A DNA stretch of 64,000 nt from an uncultured Pseudomonadota bacterium (GTDB taxonomy: Bacteria; Bdellovibrionota_B; Oligoflexia; Oligoflexales; CAIMVM01). The notes under the pieces were generated by a model. That model made no database searches. It saw only the letters and a list, made by a program, of their open reading frames with translations, and was not told the DNA's origin. Position 1 is the first letter of the stretch. Each line of letters begins with the position of its first letter. Below are positions 38,622 to 47,761 of the stretch, one piece after another. The position numbers were made by a program, and so were the translations under genes. Location: contig CAIMVM010000330.1 of assembly GCA_903844895.1 (NCBI GenBank), forward strand, positions 9,255-73,254. The letters are read 5' to 3'.

Positions 38622-39077
38622 GTCATTTCCGCCTTATGTATTTCATTTATGTAATGTTTTATGCATGAATTTGCCAGAGATTTAAAGTCATCCGCAATTT
38701 TGGCAGGGAAGCAGGGGGATACTACCCATAGCTCATAAAATATAGGGTTCCAAGGCGCGTCTATTGCCGCTTTTAGCGAAAGGTTGCTGCTCGTTTTCAA
38801 ACAATTTTGAGAGTTTGTTGATCAATATATCTACACCGCCGGGATAGCGATGGGTGGATGGGCGCGGGCCTTCGCGCTAACTAGGGGGAGTACCGTTTAG
38901 CATGGTTGCGTTCGGCGCCGTCAAACGTGCATGGAAACTCGTAAAGGGTTCCTATCGCTGGCTCGAGAAGAAGTGGGGGCAATAGGGGCTCCTCAGTAGT
39001 CGGATTCTGCCAATTCTGCGCAGTCAATGGAGCCAGAATAAAATTCTGTAACCAACGATCCTCTGTAAGGAGATGCT

Positions 39078-41072
39078 ATGACAAATAGCGAGGGGCATTA
39101 TGGGCTTAGAAACTTCTATGATAAAATCTTAGGCAACTACTCGAGGAGCAATTTGCATATGAAGTTTTTCTATTTTCCTTTTTTAGTTCTGTGCCTAGCT
39201 TTGAGTTCTTGTAAGCTTAAAAATCCAAGGATGGAGGAAGGATCTTCAACAGTGAAGCTCATTCCTGGAGCTGAGTCTTTACCGCTTTTTGATGCAAATG
39301 ATGTATCAATTATGATTCCTATGGACATGATTCTTAACACTCCCGAACTTCAATTGAAGAACTTTGTATCTCCTTCTGACTTCCTTGCGGTCATCGAAGC
39401 GGGAGAGGGAAATCCTGCCAATGCGCCGCAGACTTTTAGAGGAGGTCCAGACTCCTTAGACAATTGGAAAGTAGTAGCCTTGCGATACGATCCTTGCGCT
39501 CCTGGCGCACATGCTGCCTCAGCGATTGCAGAAGAGCTTAAAGCTACTCGCGCAAATCCCCCAACCAAAGATATGATATGTCAAGCGCAGTTGCGACTCA
39601 TTGCCCAGCCATTTGCCCAGGGCAGAGACTTAGATATGACATTTCATGTTCTATTTCGATTAGCAAAAGATCCTAGTAGCATGTTGGAGCAGTTTACTGG
39701 ACTTTCCAAAATTAAGAGTTTTTCCCAGACAAATGGCATACCGTTGACGGTGCATCCTGGACTTAAGGCCGGCAATCCAAATGCAAAGGCTGCATTACTC
39801 AGCTTTTTGTCGGTCCAAGCTCGGCCTGATCGAGTTTTATCCATAGCGACTATGGGCCTCAATGACGGCGTAGAACCTTGGGTTTTCTATGCAAATATAC
39901 GGGGGCCTGATGGTAAAATGATCATAACTCCTATTCCCACTGTCGATGATGATTCAGGCGTACCTTTAAAGTTTCAAGCGCTTTCTTTTAGAGGAAATGG
40001 GCACGTCATCGGAAATCCTTCTAATAGACAAACCTTCAGCTTTCCTGGCCTACCGGGTATTGCTAGAGACTCAATACTAAAACGGTCCACAAAAACGATT
40101 CTTGATGAAAATATCTTTTCAGACACAAATATTTCTCCTCTAGGAGATGAGAAACTTTCTCTTCTTCATTCGATTGACAACCCTGAACAAAATCATTTTT
40201 TTACAATGGATTGTGTTTCATGCCATACCTCAAGTAATTTGCTATTCCGTAGGCTTGCAGTTTCAACAGCACCAAGTGATGAAAAAGCTAGAATCAAGGG
40301 AAAAAATGCATTGCGATTTTCAGTCCCTAAAGGGGTTACTGCATTTGTTAACTTTAAAGATGCCCCAACTCAGGAGGCTTTTCAGCGTCCATGGTCCGTT
40401 AGAAACTTTGGCTATTTCAATGGCCGACCGACGATAGCAATGCGAACAGCAACGGAAACAGCAGAAGTGGTGCTTGAAATGAATCAAGTTCACATGGGTA
40501 GGAAAGAAGCGGGACCCAATAGAGCCCTTTCTTTAAGCGATGCGGAATATCAGGATGTTGAGCCTAAATTATGGAGTTGCCTTCAATTTAGTGATTTAGG
40601 TTTTGATACCTGCCTAGACAACTCACGAAAGTCATTGGTTACTAATGATTGTAAGTCGCCCATAGACTTGAAATTAGATAGATCCTTAAACATTCCTAAC
40701 GAAGTGTTTATCATGTCGCATGGAGCAAGATCTACAACTAGTTTCCAAGCTAACCTTCAGAATTTAAGTGACAAAAGCGGCGTGAGCCCACTTCCCCACC
40801 TAGGGCTAGGAAGTTCCCCACTTGATTTCAAATTCTTTGTTCGCCATAGCGATACGGATGTCTCAAATATTCAAATGAAGTTTGATCAAAGCTTCGAGAA
40901 TGCAGTTGGTTTTAGATATAATATGAGCTTTAGAGCGCTGGAACAGGCAGGGATTTCTTTAAAGTGGGATTGTTCTATTCGCAAATGGAAAGGAAAGATT
41001 TCCTATGGGAAGCCTGGGCAGACCCCCGTTGAGGAACTCGCAACGCTTGAACCAAGGGCTTTCTTGAATTAG
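39078..41072 (+). CDS. large lipoprotein with a single CxxCH motif, function unknown
   Basis: The lipobox LALSSC follows the internal ATG at 39159, which has a GAGGAG 9 nt upstream; the ATG at 39078 also has an AAGGAG. A DCVSCH motif occurs mid-protein. Confidence 0.7.
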   Translation: MTNSEGHYGLRNFYDKILGNYSRSNLHMKFFYFPFLVLCLALSSCKLKNPRMEEGSSTVKLIPGAESLPLFDANDVSIMIPMDMILNTPELQLKNFVSPSDFLAVIEAGEGNPANAPQTFRGGPDSLDNWKVVALRYDPCAPGAHAASAIAEELKATRANPPTKDMICQAQLRLIAQPFAQGRDLDMTFHVLFRLAKDPSSMLEQFTGLSKIKSFSQTNGIPLTVHPGLKAGNPNAKAALLSFLSVQARPDRVLSIATMGLNDGVEPWVFYANIRGPDGKMIITPIPTVDDDSGVPLKFQALSFRGNGHVIGNPSNRQTFSFPGLPGIARDSILKRSTKTILDENIFSDTNISPLGDEKLSLLHSIDNPEQNHFFTMDCVSCHTSSNLLFRRLAVSTAPSDEKARIKGKNALRFSVPKGVTAFVNFKDAPTQEAFQRPWSVRNFGYFNGRPTIAMRTATETAEVVLEMNQVHMGRKEAGPNRALSLSDAEYQDVEPKLWSCLQFSDLGFDTCLDNSRKSLVTNDCKSPIDLKLDRSLNIPNEVFIMSHGARSTTSFQANLQNLSDKSGVSPLPHLGLGSSPLDFKFFVRHSDTDVSNIQMKFDQSFENAVGFRYNMSFRALEQAGISLKWDCSIRKWKGKISYGKPGQTPVEELATLEPRAFLN

Positions 41073-41127
41073 CATTTCGAGGGCAATCCCGCAATTAGTG
41101 TGAGTTCTTTTCTTGATGGTATTTTCG

Positions 41128-41162
41128 GCTCGGCGCATCTGTGCGTCGGGCTTAAATTTTTT
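41128..41162 (+). terminator. Rho-independent terminator
   Basis: A GCTCGGCGCA tctg TGCGTCGGGC hairpin (10 bp including 2 G-U pairs) is followed by TTAAATTTTTT, 56 nt after the stop. Confidence 0.65.
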
Positions 41163-41450
41163 GCTTCTGGCAGCATAGTTCTTGAGAGCTATACTTCTGA
41201 TGTCTAGGTCGCTACTAGCGATAAAGTTCTGGATATCAGATATTTATATAGAAAATTTTTCTTCTTGATTCAAAGTGATAGTTCAAAAAAATTAGACAGT
41301 AGATGTTGTTTTGTTCCATGTTGCTGAACTCTATTGAGTCATTTGCAGCTTAAGTTCAACAATTCAATTTTAAATTTTCAAATCTCTAAGGTAGGCGGAT
41401 TAGTCTTGGTATCGATCGTTAGACGAACGCCTCTCAGTGAACATCGGTCT

Positions 41451-42377
41451 TTATTTCGCAGCTTTAACTTTTGCTGCAATTCCTGAGGGAAAGCCACATT
41501 GTCCTGCATATGCTGCGCTATTTAAGCGAGGCAAGGTCACGTCGTTGGGAGATTTGAAGCTAGAAGCGACTCTTTCTTTATTCAATACCGCTAACCTGAA
41601 TTTACCATCAAGGGAAACGCTATTGTGCAATATGGCCACTCTACAGCCCGTATTTTTGGCGCCACTTATCAACTTGTCTTTGAAAATTTCCTTCAATTTA
41701 CTAATGTCACTTAACACATCGGTGGAAACAAAACATGAGTTAGATTCTGCGACAACAGCAGTGGATCTAGAAAGAGATCCTAGGCCAGAAGCGATGAGGA
41801 AGTCATTTTTTAAGGCGCCATTTGCATCGCAGAAAATTTCATCGATCTCATTTAGTTTGCTGCCGTAAGTTGTAAGTAACTCCTGGATTTGCTCGGCACT
41901 AACGGGATCTGTTATAGCAGACCAATTAAATTTTGATTTATCAATAACTTTGTAGTTGAGATCGGCCGTCTTGTCGGGGGAAAGAAGGTCGTTGTAACTT
42001 TTTATGGTTTCAGCAGGAAATTGATATTTCACAGTGTAGATGGAATCATCGGGTTGAGCTTCTTTGATAAAATCCTTAATGACCGCCATTGCAGAATCTA
42101 GGAAACTGATTTCTCTAGGTGATTTCTTTCCGCTTTCATCATTGGTTCGACAATAGACAGAGTCTTTTTCGTTGGCAACGGCATTTCCTAGAGACTCTAT
42201 ATCGCATTTGACTAGCCAAGCTCCGCTTATTTCTGAAGGAGTCGATTCTGATGTGACGCCAGAATAGGGATTGACAGTTGTGCCGTCTGTACGCTTTTCG
42301 GTATCAGTTATTTCTGAACATGAAAAAGTGATAAAGAATGCTGGTAAAAATAGAGCTAAACTGCGCAATGTAATCAT
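41451..42377 (-). CDS. lipoprotein, function unknown
   Basis: The ATG at 42377 (MITLRSLALFLPAFFITFSC lipobox) lies 9 nt after a GGGAGGA. The ORF-track start at 42395 is a GTG. Confidence 0.65.
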   Translation of the reverse strand: MITLRSLALFLPAFFITFSCSEITDTEKRTDGTTVNPYSGVTSESTPSEISGAWLVKCDIESLGNAVANEKDSVYCRTNDESGKKSPREISFLDSAMAVIKDFIKEAQPDDSIYTVKYQFPAETIKSYNDLLSPDKTADLNYKVIDKSKFNWSAITDPVSAEQIQELLTTYGSKLNEIDEIFCDANGALKNDFLIASGLGSLSRSTAVVAESNSCFVSTDVLSDISKLKEIFKDKLISGAKNTGCRVAILHNSVSLDGKFRLAVLNKERVASSFKSPNDVTLPRLNSAAYAGQCGFPSGIAAKVKAAK

Positions 42378-42925
42378 AAGTTCACATCCTCCCACCTGTA
42401 GATTCGGCGAATCAGTCGGGGGCTGAAGAGAATGTTTTTTGCGTCTTTAACACCAAATAAAACGTATTGTTAGATCTACTCGCCAGGAGTTTTAGCGGGC
42501 GTATCTATGGAATCCTCCAGAGTAAAAAAGGATTTGAGCTATTCTGAAGTCTTTCGCAATGGTGAAGTGCCTAAGGTGGTCGCGCTTGGACGGTTGACAG
42601 ACCGGATTCGGCTGGAAATCGTCAGTAACTTTGCTCAATTGCTGAAGTTAAAGTGGGGCTGAAGCAGGCCTTGCCTCAAGGCTGTGTTGCTACATTGCGG
42701 CCCTCTCCTGGGCCAAAGGAAGAAGAAGATTGTCGAAGTCGTTGGCAGATTGTTGAGAAATGATTCAGGGGTTTCCCAAAACTTTAAGTTCAGTTTCAAG
42801 AGGGTCAATGAATATTGGGTGTTAGGACTCTCGCTTCCTGTCTGGAGATTGGCACATTTTCTGCTCTGAGGATTACCGCGCCCCGTGGGGATCGATATCT
42901 TAAATTGTTATATTGGGAGGTTTTC

Positions 42926-44062
42926 ATGCTAGGTAGATCCATTCTTGCTCTTTTTTCTTTAAGTTTGGCTTCTTGTAGTGTGGATCAGCCTCTCTCAAAC
43001 GAGACTCAAGCTTCCCTGACCTTTGCACAGTGGTGTACTGCGAAAAAACTTCAGGCTTGTAATTCTACGGGAACTTCTACTGATGCGAAATTCTGGAACG
43101 GATCTTTGGATATTTTTCAAGAGCTGTCGAAGTCGGGTGGCGGACTCGATTTTTCTAGGGCGCAATACGAGGCGCCAACCGTTAAGAATTTTATAAAGAA
43201 TTTCGGCGGTGCAGCTATATTTGGAGTTCTAGAAAAGCTTCCATGGGAGCAAGTAACCTATGGAGCGGGTATTTTTAGTTTGATCAATCGCTCGAACAAA
43301 ACGTTTGATATCAATGGACTCAGTTTCATGGGAAGCGCGATTAAAGCGACGGTAGGCTCAAGACGTATCAATCTTACTGGCGCGACTCTTAAGTATCCTA
43401 GCGGTCAGACAGAGGCTTTAACGGGTATAAATTTTTCTACTCCCGGATTTTTAGGATTCGAGACGACTTCAGGTGTAGTATCCCATGTTCCTTTCTCCTT
43501 TATCGCCGCTAATCCCAATCAAGGTGCTGGTGCATTAAGTCCAGGAATGATGATTAAAGACATGTCTGATATTGTTAATGACTCAAAGGTGAACTGGCAG
43601 AAAAGCATATCTCTGGTTGTTACCAATAGTCAGGTGCGAGCAGTCATGAAAATTATAAAGAGTTTGGCGCAAAATAGCATACTCGATCTAGCTGCAGACT
43701 CACTCGCTCCTTCAATTACGGCAATAAAGCTTGGTGGCATCGGTGCAAGCCCAGTTACTATTGTTTTAAATGCTCCCAAAACCTGCAAAGTAAATCTATC
43801 TAACGTACCTTTACTGGGAACGATAAATACAAACCTCAACATTGCAGGAACATCTGGTGTAGGTAGTGCAAGCTTAGCAGGAGCTACTACAAAGGTGAAA
43901 CTGTTTGGATTCAGAACAGACTTAGGTGCGCTTGATGAGATGACTTTTGCTGGTGATAAAGGCACCATTAAGCTTGGCCTTGTTGCCATTCCTATCGACC
44001 TTTCAGGCAAGGTGGTTTCTCCTGCCTCTGCGGTTAAAGTCAACAGTGTCATATGCAAATAG
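42926..44062 (+). CDS. lipoprotein, function unknown
   Basis: The ATG at 42926 lies 5 nt after a GGGAGG and opens onto lipobox SLASC. The ORF-track start at 42815 adds a non-signal extension. Confidence 0.65.
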   Translation: MLGRSILALFSLSLASCSVDQPLSNETQASLTFAQWCTAKKLQACNSTGTSTDAKFWNGSLDIFQELSKSGGGLDFSRAQYEAPTVKNFIKNFGGAAIFGVLEKLPWEQVTYGAGIFSLINRSNKTFDINGLSFMGSAIKATVGSRRINLTGATLKYPSGQTEALTGINFSTPGFLGFETTSGVVSHVPFSFIAANPNQGAGALSPGMMIKDMSDIVNDSKVNWQKSISLVVTNSQVRAVMKIIKSLAQNSILDLAADSLAPSITAIKLGGIGASPVTIVLNAPKTCKVNLSNVPLLGTINTNLNIAGTSGVGSASLAGATTKVKLFGFRTDLGALDEMTFAGDKGTIKLGLVAIPIDLSGKVVSPASAVKVNSVICK

Positions 44063-44084
44063 CCATATAGAAGTACGATGAGCC

Positions 44085-44112
44085 ATCCCCTGCCACGGCA
44101 GGGGATTTTTTT
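44085..44112 (+). terminator. Rho-independent terminator
   Basis: A 9-bp GC-rich hairpin, ATCCCCTGC cacg GCAGGGGAT, is followed by T7, 23 nt after the stop. Confidence 0.8.
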
Positions 44113-44174
44113 ATTTAAAACGGCCCGAAGTGCTGCTAAGCAAAAGAATCTAGGCATTAAATGTGTACAGAATT

Positions 44175-44207
44175 CTTATTGACAATCATTCTCAACTAAA
44201 ATATTTA
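44175..44207 (+). promoter_or_regulatory. sigma70-type promoter overlapped by a Fur-box-like site upstream of feoA
   Basis: The promoter reads TTGACA (44179-44184), N17, TATTTA (44202-44207). The 19-mer CTTATTGACAATCATTCTC (44175-44193) matches the GATAATGATAATCATTATC consensus at 14 of 19 positions. Confidence 0.5.
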
Positions 44208-44237
44208 GAAAAGGTTGGCATATTGAGGAGCTAAAAC

Positions 44238-44456
44238 ATGTTAAGTCACGCCAAAAAGGGCGATAGAGGACAGATTTCTAAGTTTCAACCCAAGTCACCT
44301 GAAGAAGTTCGGCTGGTGGAACTAGGCTTTAAAGTAGGTGCCCATTATGAAATTGTGGAACAGGCGCCGTTTTCTAAAGATCCGCTGGTTATTGAGATTA
44401 ATGGCGTTCGCATTGCTGTGCGTCGCTTTCTACTGAATCATATTGAGGTAATTTAG
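44238..44456 (+). CDS. feoA: ferrous iron transport protein A
   Basis: 72-aa SH3-like FeoA pattern (G....I.......LGF.VG..........DP..I...G..IA.RR). It lies directly upstream of feoB. Confidence 0.85.
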   Translation: MLSHAKKGDRGQISKFQPKSPEEVRLVELGFKVGAHYEIVEQAPFSKDPLVIEINGVRIAVRRFLLNHIEVI

Positions 44457-44457
44457 G

Positions 44458-46299
44458 ATGACCGACTCATTAGTTGCCTTAGTAGGGAACCCCAATTGTG
44501 GCAAGACAGCTCTTTTTAATACCTTAACTGGACTTCGGAATAAGGTTGCTAACTATCCAGGAGTCACTGTAGAAGTGGTCAAATCTGAACTATCCAAATC
44601 CTATGGCGGAAATTGTGTCCTTATTGACTTGCCAGGGACCTATTCCTTAAGTCCAGTTTCTGACGATGAAGCGATTACTAGTGATTTTTTAAGTGGTGCG
44701 CCTGGACAGCTAAAGCCACAGCTTATCATAAATGTTTTAGACGCCACACAATTGGAACTTGGGCTTGGATTGACTTTGGATCTGTTAAGGCTTGAGACAC
44801 CTGTTTTGGTTGCTTTGAACATGATGGATCTTGCAGAATCTAGCGGGGCTGTCATTAACGTAGATACGCTTGCTAGGGAGCTTGGTGTTCCCGTTGTGCC
44901 CATTAGTGCTACTAAAAAGTGGGGTTTAAATAAACTTTCCAATGCGATAGAGAGTTGCATTTCGACTCCCCAAACTTCAAAAGTTCTTGATTGGAATGAT
45001 CTTAGTTCCAAAGGTGATCTGGTTCATAAAATCGCTTTAAGCTGCACCGAAACCAAAGGCCGACGCTCCGAACTTACCGCGCGAGTTGACAAATACGTGC
45101 TTCACCCAGTGTTTGGCCCATTGATTCTTTTGGCAGCATTGGCTCTTATTTTTCAGGCCGTCTTTGCTTGGGCTGCTTTCCCCATGGATCTTATAGAAAG
45201 TTTTATTGGTAAGATAGCGGAGCTCTTGTCAACTGCGATGCCACAAGGCCTTTTAAGAGATTTGCTAGTTGACGGAATTATTGGGGGCGTTGGCAGTGTT
45301 ATTGTGTTCTTGCCCCAAATCGTAATTTTGTTTTCTTTCATTCTATTTTTAGAAGATTTTGGCTATATGGCTCGAGCATCTTATCTCATGGACCGTATTA
45401 TGGGGACCGTTGGGCTTTCTGGAAAAGCAGTCATTCCCTTAGTGTCAGGTTTAGCATGTGCCGTGCCCTCGATATTGGCTACCAGATCCATTCCTTCTAA
45501 AAGGGATCGTTTGCTCACTATGATGTTGGCCCCTTTGATGACCTGTTCAGCAAGGCTTCCAGTCTATGCGCTTTTAATTGCTGCTTTTATTCCAGCTAAT
45601 CAGTTTCTTGGAATGAATCGGCAAGGTGTCGTGATGTTGCTGCTCTATGTGGGCGGAGTTTTAGCGGTGCTAGGGGTAGGATTTGTTTTAAAGGCGACTG
45701 TATTGCCTGGAGAAGCACAACCTTTATTAATAGAGCTTCCTCGCTATAAATGGCCTTCGCTAAAACTACTAGGCATAGCGATCTTAGATAGGGCTCGTAT
45801 GTTCTTAAAGAGAGCAGGAACATTTATTCTTGCCGTTTCTATAGTGATGTGGGCTGTAACGACGTTTCCTAGAAAGCCAGAAGATAGGGCTGGAACTGAC
45901 ATTGAATATTCGATTGCTGGCAGGCTTGGAACTGTAATTGAACCCATACTGAAGCCTGTCGGGTTCAACTATGAAATTTCCGTTGCACTTATTCCTGGCT
46001 TTGCTGCACGGGAGGTCATGGTAAGTGCTTTGGGAACCGTCTATGCCATTGGGGGAGAGTCCGAAGAAAGTAAAGGGGCGAACTTGACTACTTTTGTTCA
46101 GGAAACGTGGGCCCCTTCGACGGCTTATGCACTTTTGGCCTGGTATATTTTTTCACCTCAATGCCTCGCCACTTTTGCTGTACTCGGGCGAGAGTCCAGG
46201 TCTTTGCGTAAAACTTCTGGCATTTTTGTCTTCTATCTTGCCCTTGCATGGTTGGCGGCATTTGCTGTGTTCACCATTTCTAGCTGGATTTTAAGTTGA
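44458..46299 (+). CDS. feoB: ferrous iron transporter B
   Basis: The N-terminal G-domain has GNPNCGKT and DLPGTYS and is followed by polytopic gate/permease regions. Confidence 0.95.
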   Translation: MTDSLVALVGNPNCGKTALFNTLTGLRNKVANYPGVTVEVVKSELSKSYGGNCVLIDLPGTYSLSPVSDDEAITSDFLSGAPGQLKPQLIINVLDATQLELGLGLTLDLLRLETPVLVALNMMDLAESSGAVINVDTLARELGVPVVPISATKKWGLNKLSNAIESCISTPQTSKVLDWNDLSSKGDLVHKIALSCTETKGRRSELTARVDKYVLHPVFGPLILLAALALIFQAVFAWAAFPMDLIESFIGKIAELLSTAMPQGLLRDLLVDGIIGGVGSVIVFLPQIVILFSFILFLEDFGYMARASYLMDRIMGTVGLSGKAVIPLVSGLACAVPSILATRSIPSKRDRLLTMMLAPLMTCSARLPVYALLIAAFIPANQFLGMNRQGVVMLLLYVGGVLAVLGVGFVLKATVLPGEAQPLLIELPRYKWPSLKLLGIAILDRARMFLKRAGTFILAVSIVMWAVTTFPRKPEDRAGTDIEYSIAGRLGTVIEPILKPVGFNYEISVALIPGFAAREVMVSALGTVYAIGGESEESKGANLTTFVQETWAPSTAYALLAWYIFSPQCLATFAVLGRESRSLRKTSGIFVFYLALAWLAAFAVFTISSWILS

Positions 46300-46475
46300 T
46301 GCAGATTTTTCTTACATGCCTCTTAGTGCTAGGGGCGCTGTCCTACCTAGTCTTGCAGAAGATGCCTTCCAGCTGGAATGTCAAGCTAGGGAACTACTTA
46401 AGGAAGTCGAAGAGGAACTGGATTTCTAGATTTGGTCTTAAAATGCTAAGCCGTGGTTGCAAAAATTGTAAATAG
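46299..46475 (+). CDS. FeoB-associated small Cys-rich membrane protein (58 aa, missed by the 60-aa ORF cut-off)
   Basis: The ATG overlaps the feoB TGA (TGATG at 46297-46301). It has one N-terminal hydrophobic helix (IFLTCLLVLGALSYLVL), a basic linker and a C-terminal GCKNCK. Confidence 0.5.
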   Translation: MQIFLTCLLVLGALSYLVLQKMPSSWNVKLGNYLRKSKRNWISRFGLKMLSRGCKNCK

Positions 46476-47531
46476 CTATGATTTTTTTATGAGATTAAGC
46501 AAGGTGTCTGCAGCGCTCCAGGCCAAGCTCCAAGCACTTTTATGAAAACCGGTAGCAATAAGAGGCCCCAGCCCTTCTTTGCTAGAATATCTGCCCACAA
46601 AAGGGGAACGCCCTGGTCCATTAAGGCGAACACCAACTAAGGGTACCGGGTCAGTAAAATTGAGGGAAAGATCTTTAAGGTCCATTGCTAGTTCCTTAAA
46701 GCCGGCCTCAATTTCTTGCCGATATGTGTCTTCAAAGTCTTCTTTGCGAAGAAAATTTGATATTTTGAAGTCTCTAGCCCCAAACTTCAATTGGTTACCG
46801 TTGGCATTTAGACTTGTTTGTCCTCGCTTCACTGAGGTCGTCAAGGTGCTATTGGCCTGCAAAGCAACTCCTGCCTTATAGGTAAAACCTTCTAAATTCA
46901 TTCCCGACGCTTTAAGAAGAAAAGGTGTGGATGCCCCGGCAGCAATGATTACCTCATGAAACGAATATTGGCTGCCACATGCAGTGTGCAGAACAATAGA
47001 GTCCTGTCTGATTTCCACTGAGGAAACTTGTCGCAAAACGTGTTGTCCCCCTTTCTCCAGATACACTTGAAGTAAAGCATCAAGTGTTTTCTCAGTGTCG
47101 AATGAAAAATCATCCGGATAACAGAGTGCCCCTTGAAAATCAGAGTGGAACCCTGACAAAGATTCTTGACGGGGAAGGATTTGGGTTCCAAAGAGCCCCC
47201 AAAACCGACCATGATATACACGCTCCGCGAGTTTAGCTAATTCAGTTTGGGATTTAAAAGGCTCTAGGATAGATTTTCTTAAATCTAGGCATGACTTAGA
47301 TGATTCTTCTAACTCGGTAAGCTCTTTCCATAATTGGTGATGGCCAGAAATCTTCAACTTAAATAGAGGAGAGTTTCCTTTAAAGAGACCTTTGATGGAA
47401 TTGACGCCAGGGGCTACCGAAGACGCGCCCTTACCGCAGGTAAAAAGGGTAGTTCGGTAGCCAGCATAGGCCAGTTTTCTTGCGGCAGCAAGGCCTACGA
47501 CTCCACCACCAATGATTCCAACCGTCTTCAA
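46476..47531 (-). CDS. FAD-dependent oxidoreductase (DAO / glycine-oxidase-like)
   Basis: Has the N-terminal dinucleotide fold VGIIGGGVVGLAAA. Its length and C-terminal GFHKS region fit the DAO family. Confidence 0.8.
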   Translation of the reverse strand: MKTVGIIGGGVVGLAAARKLAYAGYRTTLFTCGKGASSVAPGVNSIKGLFKGNSPLFKLKISGHHQLWKELTELEESSKSCLDLRKSILEPFKSQTELAKLAERVYHGRFWGLFGTQILPRQESLSGFHSDFQGALCYPDDFSFDTEKTLDALLQVYLEKGGQHVLRQVSSVEIRQDSIVLHTACGSQYSFHEVIIAAGASTPFLLKASGMNLEGFTYKAGVALQANSTLTTSVKRGQTSLNANGNQLKFGARDFKISNFLRKEDFEDTYRQEIEAGFKELAMDLKDLSLNFTDPVPLVGVRLNGPGRSPFVGRYSSKEGLGPLIATGFHKSAWSLAWSAADTLLNLIKKS

Positions 47532-47761
47532 ACGACTTCTTCCCCTTTTGTGTTGTTTATATTGAGGAGCTATAGCAGATCCCTAGGGCTGCCTCCGACG
47601 TCCTCAATAGGCGTCAGATTTATGCCACTTTGAAAAACAAACAGCCAGACTAAATATTGTATATAGCTGTATTTATAGTCTTTTGTCGATGGCGCTAGAA
47701 TTGCTTAACAGCTACCTGTGGGCAAGCTTGTAGCTATGCTCCAACAAAGGAGATTTAAATC

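Noticed and set aside
38881-38990. Possible guanidine-I (ykkC) riboswitch resemblance. ACTAGGGGGAGTACCG and CTGGCTCGAGAAG are loosely like the CTAGGGTTCCG and CTGGTCCGAGAG consensus blocks.
   Set aside because: The 3' ACACGGCGGGATAAAAGCCCGGGAGA-type block is not recognisable. The downstream gene is a lipoprotein, not a guanidine transporter or carboxylase. It is kept only as an unclassified structured-RNA candidate in the findings.
42507-42869. 52-codon ATG ORF (MESSRVKKDLSYSEVFRNGEVPKVVALGRLTDRIRLEIVSNFAQLLKLKWG) and the adjacent 61-aa track ORF, considered as genes.
   Set aside because: There is no Shine-Dalgarno, the reading is interrupted, and I recognised no motif. They are more likely remnants or chance frames. 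They are mentioned under the orphan-lipoprotein finding for a blastx check.
43630-44157. Long antisense ORFs inside well-supported genes. Examples: 43630-44157 (175 aa), 36403-36846 (147 aa), 41437-41868 (143 aa), 1112-1384, 16657-16971, 31452-31751.
   Set aside because: Each lies opposite a gene with clear family motifs or a lipoprotein signal. Their translations are low-complexity (Ser/Ala/Pro/Leu-rich) with no SD and no motif, which is typical shadow-ORF behaviour.
44220-44233. Identical 14-mer ATATTGAGGAGCTA at the feoA ribosome-binding site and at 47560-47573.
   Set aside because: A rough expectation for exact 14-mer matches within 64 kb on both strands is on the order of ten, so the match is compatible with chance. 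No start codon follows the second copy.
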